A DNA stretch of 64,000 nt from Blastocladiella emersonii ATCC 22665. Taxonomy: Eukaryota > Fungi > Blastocladiomycota. The notes below the pieces were generated by a model. That model was given only the letters and a program-made list of their open reading frames with translations, was not told the DNA's origin and searched no databases. Location of the stretch: assembly GCA_025594325.1 (NCBI GenBank), contig JANHCV010000012.1, positions 248,001 to 312,000 of the forward strand. The letters run 5' to 3'. Within the stretch, counting starts at the first letter, position 1; each line of letters starts with the position of its first letter. The position numbers were made by a program, and so were the translations under genes. Shown here in pieces: positions 31,717-50,111 of this stretch.

Positions 31717-33042
31717 TCACCTAATCGACAGGTATGCCCAAGAATAAAATGCATTTTCTCCTATCCTAACAATTTCCCTGGCCCACATCAGCTGTTGGTG
31801 ATGTATCACCCACTCGCGCGGCGACTGGCGAGCGAACCGCGAGATGGACCCCAATTGCGGACGCGCCGGCACAGATGCGCGGGGCTTCGCGCGCTGGAAC
31901 CGCTTGTTCAATTCTACAAGAAAAGCCTGATCCCAAGCAGTGCGACCGAGCATCCACGTCTCGTTGTCGGCCTTGAGCGTCTCGATGTCAAGCGCGTCAG
32001 CCCACAAGTGATAGTCGCGGATGAACGCCTTGTCAGGCTTGGCGGGATCGAGTCCGAGTTTGGCCAACATGGTGGCGCGATCGTACTTGCAGGAGCAGAA
32101 GTTGTTGATCGCGGACTCGCGCTCCTCGCGCTCCTTGTCGGTCAGCGAAGGGGGAACAAGCACCTCAAGCATTGTACTTGTGTCGCCCACGTAAGCGGGA
32201 TCAGCTAGCTTCTTGGCCATGGCCACGAGCGTTGCAATCCGGAGGCAGTTGACAAAGCGGCGAACGCCGGAATTGGGCTTGGCTGCATTCAGGTAAACCT
32301 CGGACATGAAGCGGTGTGCGAGCTCGTCAGACGTCAAAGTGGCCGCGCCACAGGTGTTGAGGGTACCTGGCCTGCCCGTCTTCGGGTCGTGCGTCAAAAT
32401 CTACCGCGTATTTGTTACGGTGAGTTATGTGTCCATTACGACAGGGCATCAAGCAGACGCACCTTGAAGCCAATGTCGTTAAACCGAGTGAGGGTCCCAG
32501 ATAAATTGCCATCTGCAAGGTTTTTGGGCACTCGGACCTCACATATCCGTTCATACGCGTCCATGACGGCTTTCGGTGACAATGACCAAGGGTCGTCATG
32601 TTCGGTCATCCGAATAAACTTAAGCAAAGCTTGCTCATCAATGGGCCCCTCCTGAAGACGGCTCACCAGCTCCGGCTACACACACAAGCATGACCTATGA
32701 GTCGCTCGGCCGCTGGCCACGACCGAGTAAGATGAAACGCACCGGAATCTGGAGCTGCGGCGGGGGAGCGTCAACCGCCGAGGTCGTTGAGCCAGCGGAA
32801 GCCGAACGCACCGCCGTCCACTGCGCGTACTGCACGACGTTGGCGCGGTGGATCACCGACTTCTTGTGGCGGCGAAGGGCCTCGGTGCGGACGTGCACAC
32901 CGCACGACTCGCACCACTCGTAGCCGTTGCCCGACTCAAAAGCGGGCGGGAGGTCGGCGGGCTGCTTCGAGGGCGGGTTGACGCGGCGCGCAGGCGAGTC
33001 GAGCCACTCGCGGCCGTGCTCATTGGGACTCGGTGTATCCAT
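31717..33042 (-). CDS. Hypothetical protein with N-terminal C2H2 (U1/matrin-like) zinc finger, probably multi-exon
   Basis: WCESCGVHVRTEALRRHKKSVIH in 32695..33042; downstream co-directional ORFs 32436..32666 and 31717..32397 look coding. The exon joins were not fully resolved. Confidence 0.45.
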
Positions 33043-34349
33043 TGCAAGACGCTCGACAAGTTACATGGGCCGCGCTTGGCGTCGGTTCGGGAGGCCAGGC
33101 GCACGAGCGAAAGCGGCGACACTTCGCCTCGCCGAACGGTTAGTCGGCTGCGCTGCGCACGTGACGCCTGCTCCACACGGAGCATGTGATGCACGTGAAG
33201 TGAGCGGCACGTCGCGAGGCCATTTGCGAGGTTGCAACTTTCCAAAGAATGGTATTCGGGGTAGAACGATAAAATGTGTTATAAACATGGGTCAGCGCGT
33301 TGCACGTCGAAATCGAGGCTGAGCCAAGAGTTGTCTTGATATCGGGCAGCGAGTGACCGACCATGGCCGTGTGGGAATACTCGAGGCATTTAGCCAACGC
33401 GGCTGCCCGGGCCAGTTGATGGCCGAGTACGTGTGTGCTTTCACGCGCGCCCGTAAGCATTCCTGGGCTCCTCGATCAGCTTGCACGGATTCTGACCCGT
33501 CGCACGCGCCGCGGGCGAAGCGGCCTAGGTCAGGAACAGCGGCACGATGACGGAACTGAAGTCGAGGGAAAACGCGGGGCTGACGTCGCAGCGGGGTGGT
33601 GCACGAAGACAATGGTGACGAAGACAACGGTGACAAGACCGAGTGGTTCACTGCTGGATATCTTGACTACGAATGCGCCGCCCCCCTGCAAGACGCGATC
33701 TTGAAGAGCTTCGTTATCGCGTCCTTGAGAGCAGCTGCGCGTTCCACTCGCCTGCGCGGCCCGGTAGCTGCGCGATGGGCAGCTTGCTGGCGCGGGAAGC
33801 ACCACTAGGCCATCTTTGTTCGTGTACATTTTGGCGAAAGCGTCAAAAGAACACGGAATTAATGAAGGAAGACACGGGTAAGTCTGTTTTGAGTGCGGCG
33901 AGTGGAGCAAAGCACAGGGTCGGCGGACCGAAGTCAAGCTTAGGTATGACCAGCAGGGGAACTTAGTGACCGGTTACACGATATACGCCCGTCCCTCCAG
34001 CTTGCGTGTTTCTGCAGAAAAGCACGTTGAAATTTAGCCGGGTGAATTTGCCGGGCGCACCGTGCAGGTATGTTTTTGCGTGGAGGCCGCGCACTGGGAC
34101 AGCAGTGGTTGAATAAATCTTGGATGGGCGCGTATGAATAGGGACTGTGGATTTAGGTGAGAAGAAGTGCAAGTTAATGTGTTGGTGACTTAACCCGGGC
34201 TTCAAAGCAAACGCGAGACGCGTCTCGATATCATGGGATCACACGTGGCGCTTGATCACGCGCGAGCGCCACGTTGCAACCGTCGACTCACCTCGCTCGT
34301 CCTTGGCACCCCTCTCTCGCTCCCCCCGCGAACCCCAAACCTCGACGAA

Positions 34350-36658
34350 ATGAAAAACGACTTGATGCAATCGCATGCAAACGACCCGGGCAGCACCTAG
34401 CTGTCGGCGCCGACGGAGCTGATCAACGTCGTCGTCCAACTCGCGGAGCCTCGCGCCACCGTTGCGGCTGCTTCGGCCTTTTTTTACGACTTTGCTCAAG
34501 ACGATCGCGTCAATTTTGCTTGGACCGTTTCCGTCGTGAACCGGCTCATCGTAAGAGGGGATCGCGAGCCGCGGCGCGCTCGCGATGCGTTCACGCGCTT
34601 CATTGAGGTGGATCTCAACCCTCCCGAAGTCAGAGAGGCTGCTTTACGAGACTATGGTACCTACTCAGACTATGGTACCTACTCTTACGCCCCGGCACCG
34701 GCTTAACTTTTCGTCAACTTGGCCAAGCTTCTGCGGCGGCGCGTCCGACTCTGCGACCTCAATTCGGACTCAATGCGTCAGCACCTCGCAGCTCCGCTCT
34801 CCGAGACGATTGACTTCATCTCAAGAAATGCGCTCTCGACACTCGTTCGACTGATTGTCGTGGCCGTCGCGTTTGGGTGGACCGGCCGACTGCGGCAAAT
34901 TCTTGACGACGTTATCGCGGAGAAGCAGTCGCTTCTCGATGTCAAACTATCGCTCGCGGAGTGGTCGCGGGTCGTGCACGCTCACTGTCACAACCCTTTT
35001 TCTGTCGAGGAGTTTGGTGACATGCCTCCCTCGCCGCTTCGGTTTGTGGACGCCCTGGCGTATATTGCCATTCTCTCGTGGGAGCAACCGAGCTTCGACC
35101 TTCTCCTTGGCGATCCCCGACTCATGGTGGACGTGCCGACTTTGGGGTCCCTTGTCTGCATGGAGGGGCCCTCCGTCTACGCGCTCCTCAGCTTGCTCAA
35201 CGGAAGAGTTGATGCCAGCGATTCCGCAAATACTCTCAATGGACTCTTCGCTTGGATTTTCCACCGTGCATCGCGTATGCCTGACGGCGTTCTCAACCTG
35301 TACGTGCACTCAAGCGTTAGCGCGGGCCACCAGGTCTTCATGCCCCTCCTTGCTGAGTTCCCTGGTCCGGTCTTGGCTGCCTTGGAGTATAACGACGGAA
35401 TCCAAGACTTTCCCATCGAGCCCGCACTTCCGTTCTTTGACGAGGGGAACGAGGCCGACTCCCAACTCGGTGCTCAAATAACTGAGTGGTACAACGAGGA
35501 GCTTTCCTTCCAGAGTCTCGAGCTGCTCGACGGCCACGGACTCATTGCTCCCAAGCGCTGGGTCGCGATTCTCGGCGCAGCCCTCGCTCGCGGCCATATC
35601 GATATTGTTGAGCGGATTCGCGGGCGTCATGAACCGGGACATTGGAAGCAACTTCTCCTTGAGGGTACGTGACACAAGCAGCTTTTGATTAGTTTCGGTT
35701 GCTAAGACTGCGCCTGCCGAGTGTAGTATTTTGCGATAGTCACGACAACTTCCGCCTTCGCGAAGGGGTCAGTGCGGCTGTGCTTCGCTACGCGCTAGTT
35801 CCGTGCTCTCTCAACGACGGTAAGGTTCAGCTGAGCCTGTCCGAATTCGTGACGTTCTTTCGCGCAAATGTTCATCGCGAAGGGCGAGAGGTCCCGCTTG
35901 GCGCGTTCTTGCTTGAAGCTGCAGGTCATCTAACGATCCCCGCCGAGCTTGCTGAGCTTCTCGCTTCGTGCTTCGATGACGACGGTCCGCTTGGTTTGGA
36001 GCTGCTCGACCTCGTTTACCTCCTTGCATCGGCCGCTTCGCACCAGTCCACCAAAAGGGGGTTCATGTATTTGCTTGGCAAGTCCGAGACGGTGCATTAC
36101 TACTTGTCCGCTGTAATCCGGTCTCTTTTGCTGCCCAAGTCGGCTTCGGATGCGCATGATCCTCTCACATCTCTTGGTGACCTGGATTTCTCACGTTGCA
36201 CCGATTGCCCCCTTGCGTGGCAGTCAGCCTGGCAGGATCTAGTCCGCACACTCCTATCCAAGTGCAAGCCGGAGCAGCTCCAGTCGCTCATTCCGCACGT
36301 CGAGTACGTGTGGTCGCGATTGTGCAGTGTGGGTCACGATTCCAAGTCAGCGCAGGAGTGCGGCTGCGATCCTCTCAAATCCGCACAGCTCGTCGCGCTC
36401 GCCATGCTCCAGGGCGACTCGGAACGTGCACTAGCTGCGCTTCAGGACGAAGCCCAGTCGGGTAAAATCTCGCCGGGCGTCCTGCGCGTTTTTCCCAACG
36501 GCGCGCTCAAGAACGCAACGGACATTGCTCGGCTGCGTCAGATCGCCCACAGTCTTGTTTCGGACGCAGGCGTGACCTCGGACGGCAAAAATTGGGTTAA
36601 AGTCGAGCTAGCGCGGATCGCTCTCACGTTGGCCCAGTATGCGGAGTCCAGCTTTTGA
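34350..36658 (+). pseudogene. Family B copy 1 (unknown ~750-aa protein) with nonsense codons at 34398 (TAG) and 34704 (TAA)
   Basis: Aligns by eye to copies 2 and 3 from MKNDLMQS onward; intron 35665-35726; 18-bp duplication (DYGTYS x2). Confidence 0.8.
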
Positions 36659-37109
36659 TGTATGACCTTTCTGCTCGCGTTTGCGAGACTCGCGTGAAGT
36701 TGCGGCGGTTCGAACGATGCTCGATATCACGCCCTCTCTATCAGTTGTGACTTCCGCTCCCGCTCGAAGTTGCTCTGTCGTTCCGGATTCAATAAATTAG
36801 TATCCCTGAAAGAACCAATAATTTGGCTGGTGGCCGCGGGGTTTGCGAGTACTCACCAGCTCAACTCGCATCTGTCGTGAGCTCCGGAACCGTAGGAATG
36901 CCAGTTATCCCGAGCAATTATAAGACACAAAGAGTTTTGCAGCATGCACATCGCCACTCTCTTGCGCACGGGGACCAAACAGGGTGTGAGACGTCTCGAT
37001 ATCATGGGATAACACGTGGCGCCGTAAACGCCACATTGCGACCGTCGGCTCCCTTTTCTCGCACGACCCAACTCTCAAGCTCCCCAGAGACCCGACAACT
37101 CCCAAAGCA

Positions 37110-39394
37110 ATGAAAGCCGACTTGATGCAATCAAATGGAAACGACCTGGGCGGCAACTGGCTTGTGCAGCTTCCCACCGAGTTGATCAACGTCGTCATGC
37201 AGCTCGCGGAGCCTCGCGCCATCGTTGCGGCCGCATCGACCCCCTTCTGCGACCTTGTGCGCGAAAAGCGTGTTACCTTTGCTTGGACCGTCGCTGTCGT
37301 GGACCGGCTCATCAAGCCCGCAGGCCACGAGCCGCGCCGCCGATGCGATGCGTTCACACGCCTCCTCCGGGTGGATCTCAACCCTCCCGAAGTCAAGGAG
37401 GAGGCTCTGAGCAAGTTTGGTTTCTACTGTTACGCTCCGCCGCCGGTCGAAGTTTTCGTCAACTTGGCCAAGCTTCTGCGTCGGGGCATCCGACTCTGCG
37501 ACCTTAATTCAGACTCGATCCGTCAGCACCTCGCAGCTCCGCTCTCTGGAACGATTGAATTCATCTCGAAAGACCCTCTCTCGACCCTTATTCGACTTCT
37601 CGTCGTGACCGTCGCGCGCGGCAGGACTAGTGTACTGCGCCAGGTCCTTGACGAAATCGTTGCGGAAAAGCAGCCGCTTCTCGATGTCAAGCTGCCGCTT
37701 GTTGAGTGGTCGCGGCTCGTCCAGAGCCACTGTTGTGGCCCGTTCGCTGCCGACGAGTTCGACATGCCCAGTTCGCCGCTTCGACTTGTGGACGCCCTCG
37801 CTTACTTTGCCTTAGTAGCGTGGGAGCAGCCAAGTTTCGAGCTTCTCCTTGGTGACCCCCGGTACATGGTTCATGAAGCGACTTTGGAGCCGCTCGCTTG
37901 CCTGCTGGGCCCCGCCGCATACGCGCTCCACAGCTTGCTTAACGGAGCGGCTGATATGCGCGATCCCGCCGACACTTTCGACGGCCTATTCGCTTGGATT
38001 TTCCTGCGCGCGTCGCGAATGCCCAATAGCGTTCGCGACCTCTATGCACACTCGGCTGCCAGGGCGGGCTACCAGGTCCTCATGCCTCTGCTGGCTGAAT
38101 TTCTTGATTCAATTTTGGCTGCCTTCACGTTTGATGACGAAATCCAAGACTTTCCGATCGAACCCGCAATCCCGATCTTTGACGAACTGGACGAGATTGA
38201 CCTTCAGCTTGGCGCTCAAATAACCAAGTGGTATGATGAGGAGCTTCCCATCGATAACCTCGAGCTGCTTGACAAACACGGTCTCATTGCCCCAAGGCGC
38301 CTGGCAACCATCCTTGGTGCCTCCCTCTCTCGTGGCGATCTCGCTTTCGTCGAGCGAGTCCGCGGACATCAAGACCCGAGCCAGTGGAAGCGACTCCTTC
38401 TTGAGGGTACGTGACGTGTGTATTTCGCGATCCGATTTGTTCGCTAAAACTGCACCGGTCGAGCGTAGCGTTTTGTGAAGGTCACAGCAGCTATCGCATG
38501 CGTGAAGGAATTTGTCCCGCCGTGCTTCGCTACGCGCTAGTTCCAAGCAGTCTAAACGACGGCAAGGTTCGGCTGAGCCTGTCCGAATTCGTGATTTGGT
38601 TCCGCGCGAATCCCCCTCGCGAAGGTCTAGAGGTGCCGCTTGGCGCGTTCCTGATCGAAGATGAGTGTCTGTCGATTCCCTCTGAGCTTCTTGAACTCCT
38701 CGGATCGTTCTCTGATGACAGCAGCCCGCTTGAGTTGGAGCTGCTCGACCTCTTTTACCTTCTTGTATCGGCCGCGTCGCACCAGTCCACCAAAACGACT
38801 TTTGTCCATTTGCTTGGCAAGTCCGATGTCGTGCACCACTACCTGTCTGCTGTAATCCGGTCTCTTTTCCTGCCCAAGTCGGCTTCGGATGCACATGATC
38901 CTCTCACATCTCTTGGTGACCTGGATTTCTCACGTTGCACCGACTGCCCCCTTGCGTGGCAGCCCGCCTGGCAGGATTTGTTCAGCGCGCTTAACTCTAA
39001 ATGCAAGTCAGAGCAGCTCCAGTCGCTTATTCCGCGCGTTAAGCACGTGTGGTCGCGATTGTGCAGTATTGGTCTTGAATCCGAGTCAGCTCACCAGTGC
39101 GGTTGCGACCCTCTCAAATCCGCTCAGCTCGTCGTGCTCGCTTTGCTCCAAGGCGACGCAAGTCGTGCTCTAGCTTCGCTTCAGGACGAATCCCAGTCGG
39201 GGAAAATTTCGCTCGACGTCCTGCGCGTGTTTCCTGACGGCGCGCTCAATAACGCGTCGGACCTTGAGCTGCTGCAGACGATTGTGCGCAAACTCGTCGC
39301 GGACGCGGGCGCCGATGTTGACCTAAACTGGGTCGCGCGCGAGATGACGCGCATTGCCGCTGTTCTGGGCGAGCATCTCGATCTTGACGCGTGA
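37110..39394 (+). CDS. Family B copy 2: F-box-like N-terminus, unknown function
   Basis: Exon 1 ends CTTGAGG|GTACGT; acceptor CGTAG at 38468 restores the frame (LLE-AFCEGH); N-terminus WLVQLPTELINVVMQL. Confidence 0.82.
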
Positions 39395-39869
39395 TGGCCC
39401 ATGCCGGTCCCTTTCATTTCACGACACGTTTGTTACTCTGCAGCACGCGACATGTCGTAGCTTCATTCTTTGCCTTGGTGCACGCAGGATCAATAAATAC
39501 GCACGTTTTTATCTCTCGAGCCGGTTGAGCCCGTGGAACCTCGATTCTGCGAGAGTCTGGCTAGCGGTTAAATATTGAATTCGTGAAGCGTGAGGTCCAA
39601 CGAGCCGCCCCACGCGCGAGCGGCCGATCTTGTCACGTCGCGTTCAGCGGTTGACTCGGACTATTTAGAAATCAGATTTTTTCCAGCTTGCACGTCGCTG
39701 CTTGCTTGCGCACTAGGACCCAGCAGGGTGTGAGACGCGTCGATCAATCGTGTGACTGCACGTGCTCCTGTCCACGAAGTGTGAACGCCACCTTGCGAGC
39801 GCCGAACTCGCCTCGCTCGCCGGACGCTAACTCTCCGCCCCTGGCGAACCCCACAAACCTTGCGCGACG

Positions 39870-42225
39870 ATGAATAACTTGATGCAATCAAATGAAAACG
39901 ACCCGGGCGGCACTTGGCTGGCGCGCCTCCCCGTTGAGTTGGTCAACGTTGTGATTCAGCTCGCAGCGCCACGCGCCGCCGTTGCAGCTGCATCGGCGTC
40001 CCTCAACAACCTTGCGCGCGACAAACACGTCACACTTTCTTGGACTGTTGCTGTTGTGGGGCGGGTTAGCGAACTTGGTAGTCGTGAGGATGGGGCTCCT
40101 CGAGATGCGTTCACGCGCTTCGTTCTCGTGGACCTGAACCCTCCCGAGGTGCAAGCCGCTGCTTCAAGAACGTGTGACACGTACGTCCGCGTTCCACCGC
40201 CTACTGAAGTTTTTGTAAACTTGGCCAAGCTTCTCCGTCGTGGTGTTCGACTCAACGACTCTGACTCGAGCTCGATGCGTCAACACCTTGAAACTCCTCT
40301 CTCTTGCAAGCTCGACTTCATCTGGAAGAACCCGCTCTCCTCCCTTGTTCAACTCATTGTTCTGGCCGTCGCGTTTGGCTGGACTGATGTGCTGCGACAA
40401 GTTCTTGATGATATTGCCGCAGAGATGCGACCGCTTCTCCAAGTCGCGCTACCGCTCGTGGAGTGGTCGCGCCTCATGGATGACTTTTGCTACAGCCTTG
40501 GCAACGCGGAAGACTTCACCAATATGCCCACTTCCCCGCTTCGGTTTGTCGACACTCTCGCCTTCTTTGCTGTCCTGTCGTGGAGGCAATCGATCTTCGA
40601 GCTTCTCGTTGGGAGTCCCCAGTACACAGTCGAAGTACCCGCCTTAGTTTCGACCCTTTGTCAAACGGGGCCCGCTGCTTACGTGTTGCAGAGCGCGCTC
40701 AACGGGGCATCTGAAAATCTCGGCCCTGGTGAAACATTCAGCGGACTATTTTGTTGGATTTTCGAGCAAGCATCGCAAATGCCGGACGACACTCGTAACC
40801 TTTACGTGCACGTAGCCGTCGGTTCGGGCCACCAAGTATTCATGCCTCTTCTCGTCCGCTTCCCCGGCCCAGTTCGCGCTGCACTCGTATTCGACGATGA
40901 AGTCAAGGATTTTCCGCTTGAAACCCCGCTTCCCGTTTTCAACGGCGACGAAGATGATCTGCTCCAACTTGGTGGTCACATTACGCAGTGGTACGACAAA
41001 GATCTTTCGATCGAGGACCTCGAGCTGCTTGACGACCACCGTCTCATCGCGCCCAAGCGCTTGGCCGGGATCCTTGGCGCCGCCCTCGCTCGTGAGGATT
41101 TTGACATCATTGAGCGAGTCCGCGGACGCCACGACGAGGAACAGTGGAAGCGACTTCTCGTTGACGGTACGATATCCACCACATGTCCGGCAGTACCACC
41201 AACTGAACCTGCGCCGGCCGAGTGTAGCTTTTTGCGCCAGTCACGGTGCCTTTCGACTGCGCAAGGGGATCAGCCAGGCCGTACTTCGCTACGCCCTTGT
41301 TCCGGGCGCTAGCAATAACGAAGCCGTCCAACTGTCCCTGATCGACTTTGTGGCTGCCTATCGTGCCCAAGCAGCAAGCACCAGTCGCCCTTTTCGGATT
41401 GCTAAGTTCCTTATTGACGACGAAGGTTTATCAATTCCAACCGAGCTTCTTGCGCTTCTCGCTTCCTCCGCTGCGACTGACGGTGCGCTTCAGTCGACAC
41501 TGCTTGTCCTTGTCAAGCTTCTCGCGTCAGCCGCTTCGGTTGCTTCGACCAAGCAACGGTTCTTGCGCAATGTCGCGGATTCCGACAGTGCGTTTCACTA
41601 TCTTCGCGCGGTCATCGCGTCGCTGTTTCTCCCCCGCACCGACAGTGCGTGTCACTCTCTTCGCGCGGTCTTCGCGTCGCTGTTTCTCCCCCGCACCGCG
41701 ACGCTGGAGCAGCACGCTTCCGTTATCCTCAATGATTCGAACTGTCAACTTTGCCCGACATGCCCCTTGGCGATGCAGCTCGTCTGGCGCGACATATTTC
41801 ATGCTCTCAGATCTCAATGCGACCCGAAGCCGCTGATCCCGCTCATCCCGCACGTGGAAAACGTTTGGTCGCGGCTTTGCAGCTTCGCGGATGTTAGCCT
41901 CGAGCCCGCGCCTGTGCGTTCGTGCGACTGCGACCCGCTCAAATCGGCTCAACTCGTCGCACTCGCGATGCTTCAGAGCGACCCGCGCGGAGCTCTAGCT
42001 GCGCTGCAGGTCGAGGTCGATTTTGGCAGCGTTCCGCTGAGCGTCCTACGCGTTTTCCCTGACGATGCGCTCAACGACGCGTCCGACCGCGACCTGCTGC
42101 AGACGGTCGTCATCAAGCTCATTGCGGACGCGGGTGCGAGCGTTGACATGGACTGGGTCGCGCGCGAGATGACGCGCATTGACGCAGTTCTGGCTAAGCA
42201 TCTCGACCTTTGCACGTGGTGCTGA
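39870..42225 (+). CDS. Family B copy 3
   Basis: Same two-exon structure (intron 41167-41227); WLARLPVELVNVVIQL; short internal duplication SLFLPRT x2. Confidence 0.82.
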
Positions 42226-42474
42226 TCGCTACCCCCGTTCGCTGTAATATTTCTTTTGCAGCGCACAAGTCGCTGGAGCTTCATTTTCTTTGCCTTTTCC
42301 AGTATCGATAAATACGCGTTTGTACTTTCCTTTTGATCGAACTCATGGAAGTTCCTTGCGAGGTTGGCATGCAGTGACTGAGGTAGGCTTCAGCTCGCTT
42401 TTTGATATGCAACCGCGAGCGCGGTCAATCTCCTTGCGCTCGCTACCCTCTAAAATCCGCTCAACTCGTTGCAC

Positions 42475-42724
42475 TCGCATGCTTCAGAGCGACTCCCGCG
42501 GCGCTCTGGCTGCGCTGCAGGGCGAGGTAGACTCCCGCGGTATTACGCTGAGCGTCCTACACGTTTTCCCTGACGGCGCGCTCAACGACGCGTCCGACCT
42601 CGAACTGCTGCAGGCGATCGTCAGCAAGCTCGTTGCGGACGCGGTTGCGAGCGTTGATTTGGACTCGGTCGCGCGTGAAATGACGCGTATTGCCGCTGTT
42701 CTGCAACTCAGTCATGGCTTGTGA
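42475..42724 (+). pseudogene. Family B copy 4, 3'-end fragment only
   Basis: MLQSDSRGALAALQGEVD...VAREMTRIAAVL matches the C-terminus of copy 3. Confidence 0.75.
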
Positions 42725-45309
42725 TGGCGATCGCTGCCCACATTTGTCGTTAGACTATTTTTTTACAGCACGCAACGGGCCAGAGGCTTTATTTTATTCG
42801 TCGTTGTCCACTCAGTATCGATAAATTCGCGTTTCTATCACTTTAAGTGACCAAACTCGTGGAAATGCAGCGCGAGCTTGACTCGCGGCAATTTCGTCCA
42901 TTGAAGAGGGCGACCGAGCTTTCTGTCATACGCGTGATGGCGTTGTGAGAGCAGTCAACCTCGTCGTGTTCAGCGCTTGATTTTAACGCGTCGTGTCGCG
43001 ACGCGTGAATGTCTCGCAGCCTGTCTCGCACCGCCCACGTGAGCGCGTGGCGTTCGTCCCGCCAATCAGCGGCGTCGCCCCTGAGCATCCGGGCGGATCC
43101 GGTGGTTCCCGCCCGTCCTCCGCCGCCCCGGACCGCTAAATACCGTCCGGCACCCCCGCCTCCCCGCTCGCTGTCCAGTGCCGCGCTTCCCGCTCGGGGT
43201 CGTTGCGAGTACTCGCACTCCCCCGGCGGCGTAGCGCGGCCGTCGGCGCAGCTGTCACGCGCGGGCCAGGTCGGGATCAAGGTCAGCCATCATCAAGCTG
43301 CGCGCGCGGGGCGCATCCTCGCCGCCAAGCAGGGCGCACGCGAGGGTCCGCCCGTGCTCGTGCTGAACGGCGGCCCGAGATCCGCGGATGCAGGTCGACA
43401 GAGCGTACTCGGCCAGTCCCTTCAGGCTGCCGTTTTAGTCTCCCCTTCGAGAAGCAGTTCCACCAACAGGAACTACTCATACATGTACCACTTCCATCAA
43501 CGAGCGGGTGCACAAGCGCCGGTGCGACGTGCCAGGCAAGCAGCCAGTCAAGTGACGCGGACCCGCTGCACATGACGCATGCGTCTTGTCGCTGCCGCGC
43601 AAGGTGCCGATTCCGTCGAGAACTAAGATCCGCATGGTCAACTAAACGGCGCAGAATCCCAAGGAGGTCGAGATCGGCCCGACCGTGTACGCTGTTCCAC
43701 GCGGCCGAGCTGACGAGTTCGCCAGCCTCACACGCACGATCCGCGCGAGCGCAGTACCCGGGCGGGCGGCGTGAAAAATAGCGCGCCGCCCGCGCGGGTA
43801 CTGCGGAACAGCGGGGGTCGTGCGTGTGACGCTGGTGGTGCTTGGAACACGGTTGTGTGGGGGCGGGCGAGGTCGGCGGTGCCAATGGTGGCCGTTGCGG
43901 TTGCGCGAGGCGGCGAGTCGGCTGATGTAAAAATAGACCCGCTCGAAGTTGTGCATCCCTTGGTGCAAGCTCAATGTCCACTCAGCAGTTTCTGAGAAGC
44001 AGAACCATGGCCCGCTGAACGAGCCGCACGCGAAGCTGAGGCGCGGGCAAGCGCGACAGAAGCGGTGCTCGCGGAGTTGGGTTAAGAAATCGAGAAGGTG
44101 TGACTGATCCAGTTGAGCGTAGCCCTCGCGGCGGCGACAAGGGCCCATGCCGTGAGGTGGTGGGCACCGGTCGTCTCGACGGGTTTGAGCGGCAGCACGG
44201 CGCGAACCCAACGACCGCGAGGCTCGACGGTGACCTTCCCCGGTCTCAGGACCTGGCGTGAGGCGGCGGGAAGTCAGCGTCTCGCCTCCGAACACGGGTC
44301 AGTTCGCGGTGACTCGTTTGAGAACCGCCGCGCCGGCCGGGGGCACCGCGAGTACGTCGAGATCGAGCTAAACGCGGGCCCGCGCGAGACAAGCAAGACG
44401 GCCACGAAGACCGAGATGCGGAGCCGCGATGTACGCAGACGAGAAGAGAGTGCGGCAGCATGAGGCGCCCGCACGGCAACCCGCACGCGGGAGCGGTCCA
44501 CCGCAGAAGCTGCATCTCATGGTGCGTCCATTCGGCTGCATGGTGTGTAGCGTGCGAGCAAAGCTCCATGGACATTCGTGGAGCGAGCGAGAGCAGCGGC
44601 AGCGGGGCTAAGCGGAATCGAGAACAAGGACACGCCCACGTGACCCAATCCGACGAGGCCCTCGACGCGGAGCCCACGGTGCAGGAGAGCCCGAGGTCGA
44701 TCAAGATTTCGCATGTCGCCTCGAAGAGTCCCGCGGGGGACATTGCAGGGAGTTACGGGTCGCGAAACCCGATTTGTCTCGCGCCGGGTTGGCGAGCGTC
44801 TCGCACGCGGTTGAGCCGCGCGGTCTCACGCCGCAGCACGCGAGCCGGTTGCCACCTGCTTTTCGGTCTCCCACCCTCGGCGCCGTGGCCGCCGCGCCGC
44901 CCGCCGACGCTGACGCGCCACCGCGATCCTCGCCGCGGAAACAACGACGCAACGCCGCCCGACTCGCACTCGGCACTCTGCGCATTTGCCCCTCCGCGCC
45001 CGCCCGCCGCAGCGTGACTGACCCTGCCCCGCCCACGGCCACGCCCGCCCGTCGTCTGATCCATCCGCTGCTGCCACCGTCCCGTCGCTGCTCGACCCCG
45101 ACCTGCTGCTCGCTCGCGACTGCGCCGTCTGCTTGAGCTCACACCCACGTCCCGCGGCACCGACACCCGGCTCAACTCGCCCGCCGTCGTCCGTCTCCAT
45201 TGACGCCCGCCCCGTCGAGTTCCTCCCCGTCGTCGTGATCCGCTCGACCCGTGCGCGCCGCGCGTGTTCCTGACCGCCCACCACCCTACGCACCACCGCC
45301 ACCGACACC

Positions 45310-50033
<4,724 letters not shown>

Positions 50034-50111
50034 CTGGCGGGGCGAGGCGGAAGGGGACGGGATTATTTATTCATTCATTCATTCATCATTGATTGTGCAT
50101 ACACTATTGGC

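Noticed and set aside
42843-45300. Many overlapping Arg/Ala/Pro-rich ORFs upstream of PP1
   Set aside because: Expected in GC-rich promoter DNA; none has a recognisable motif.
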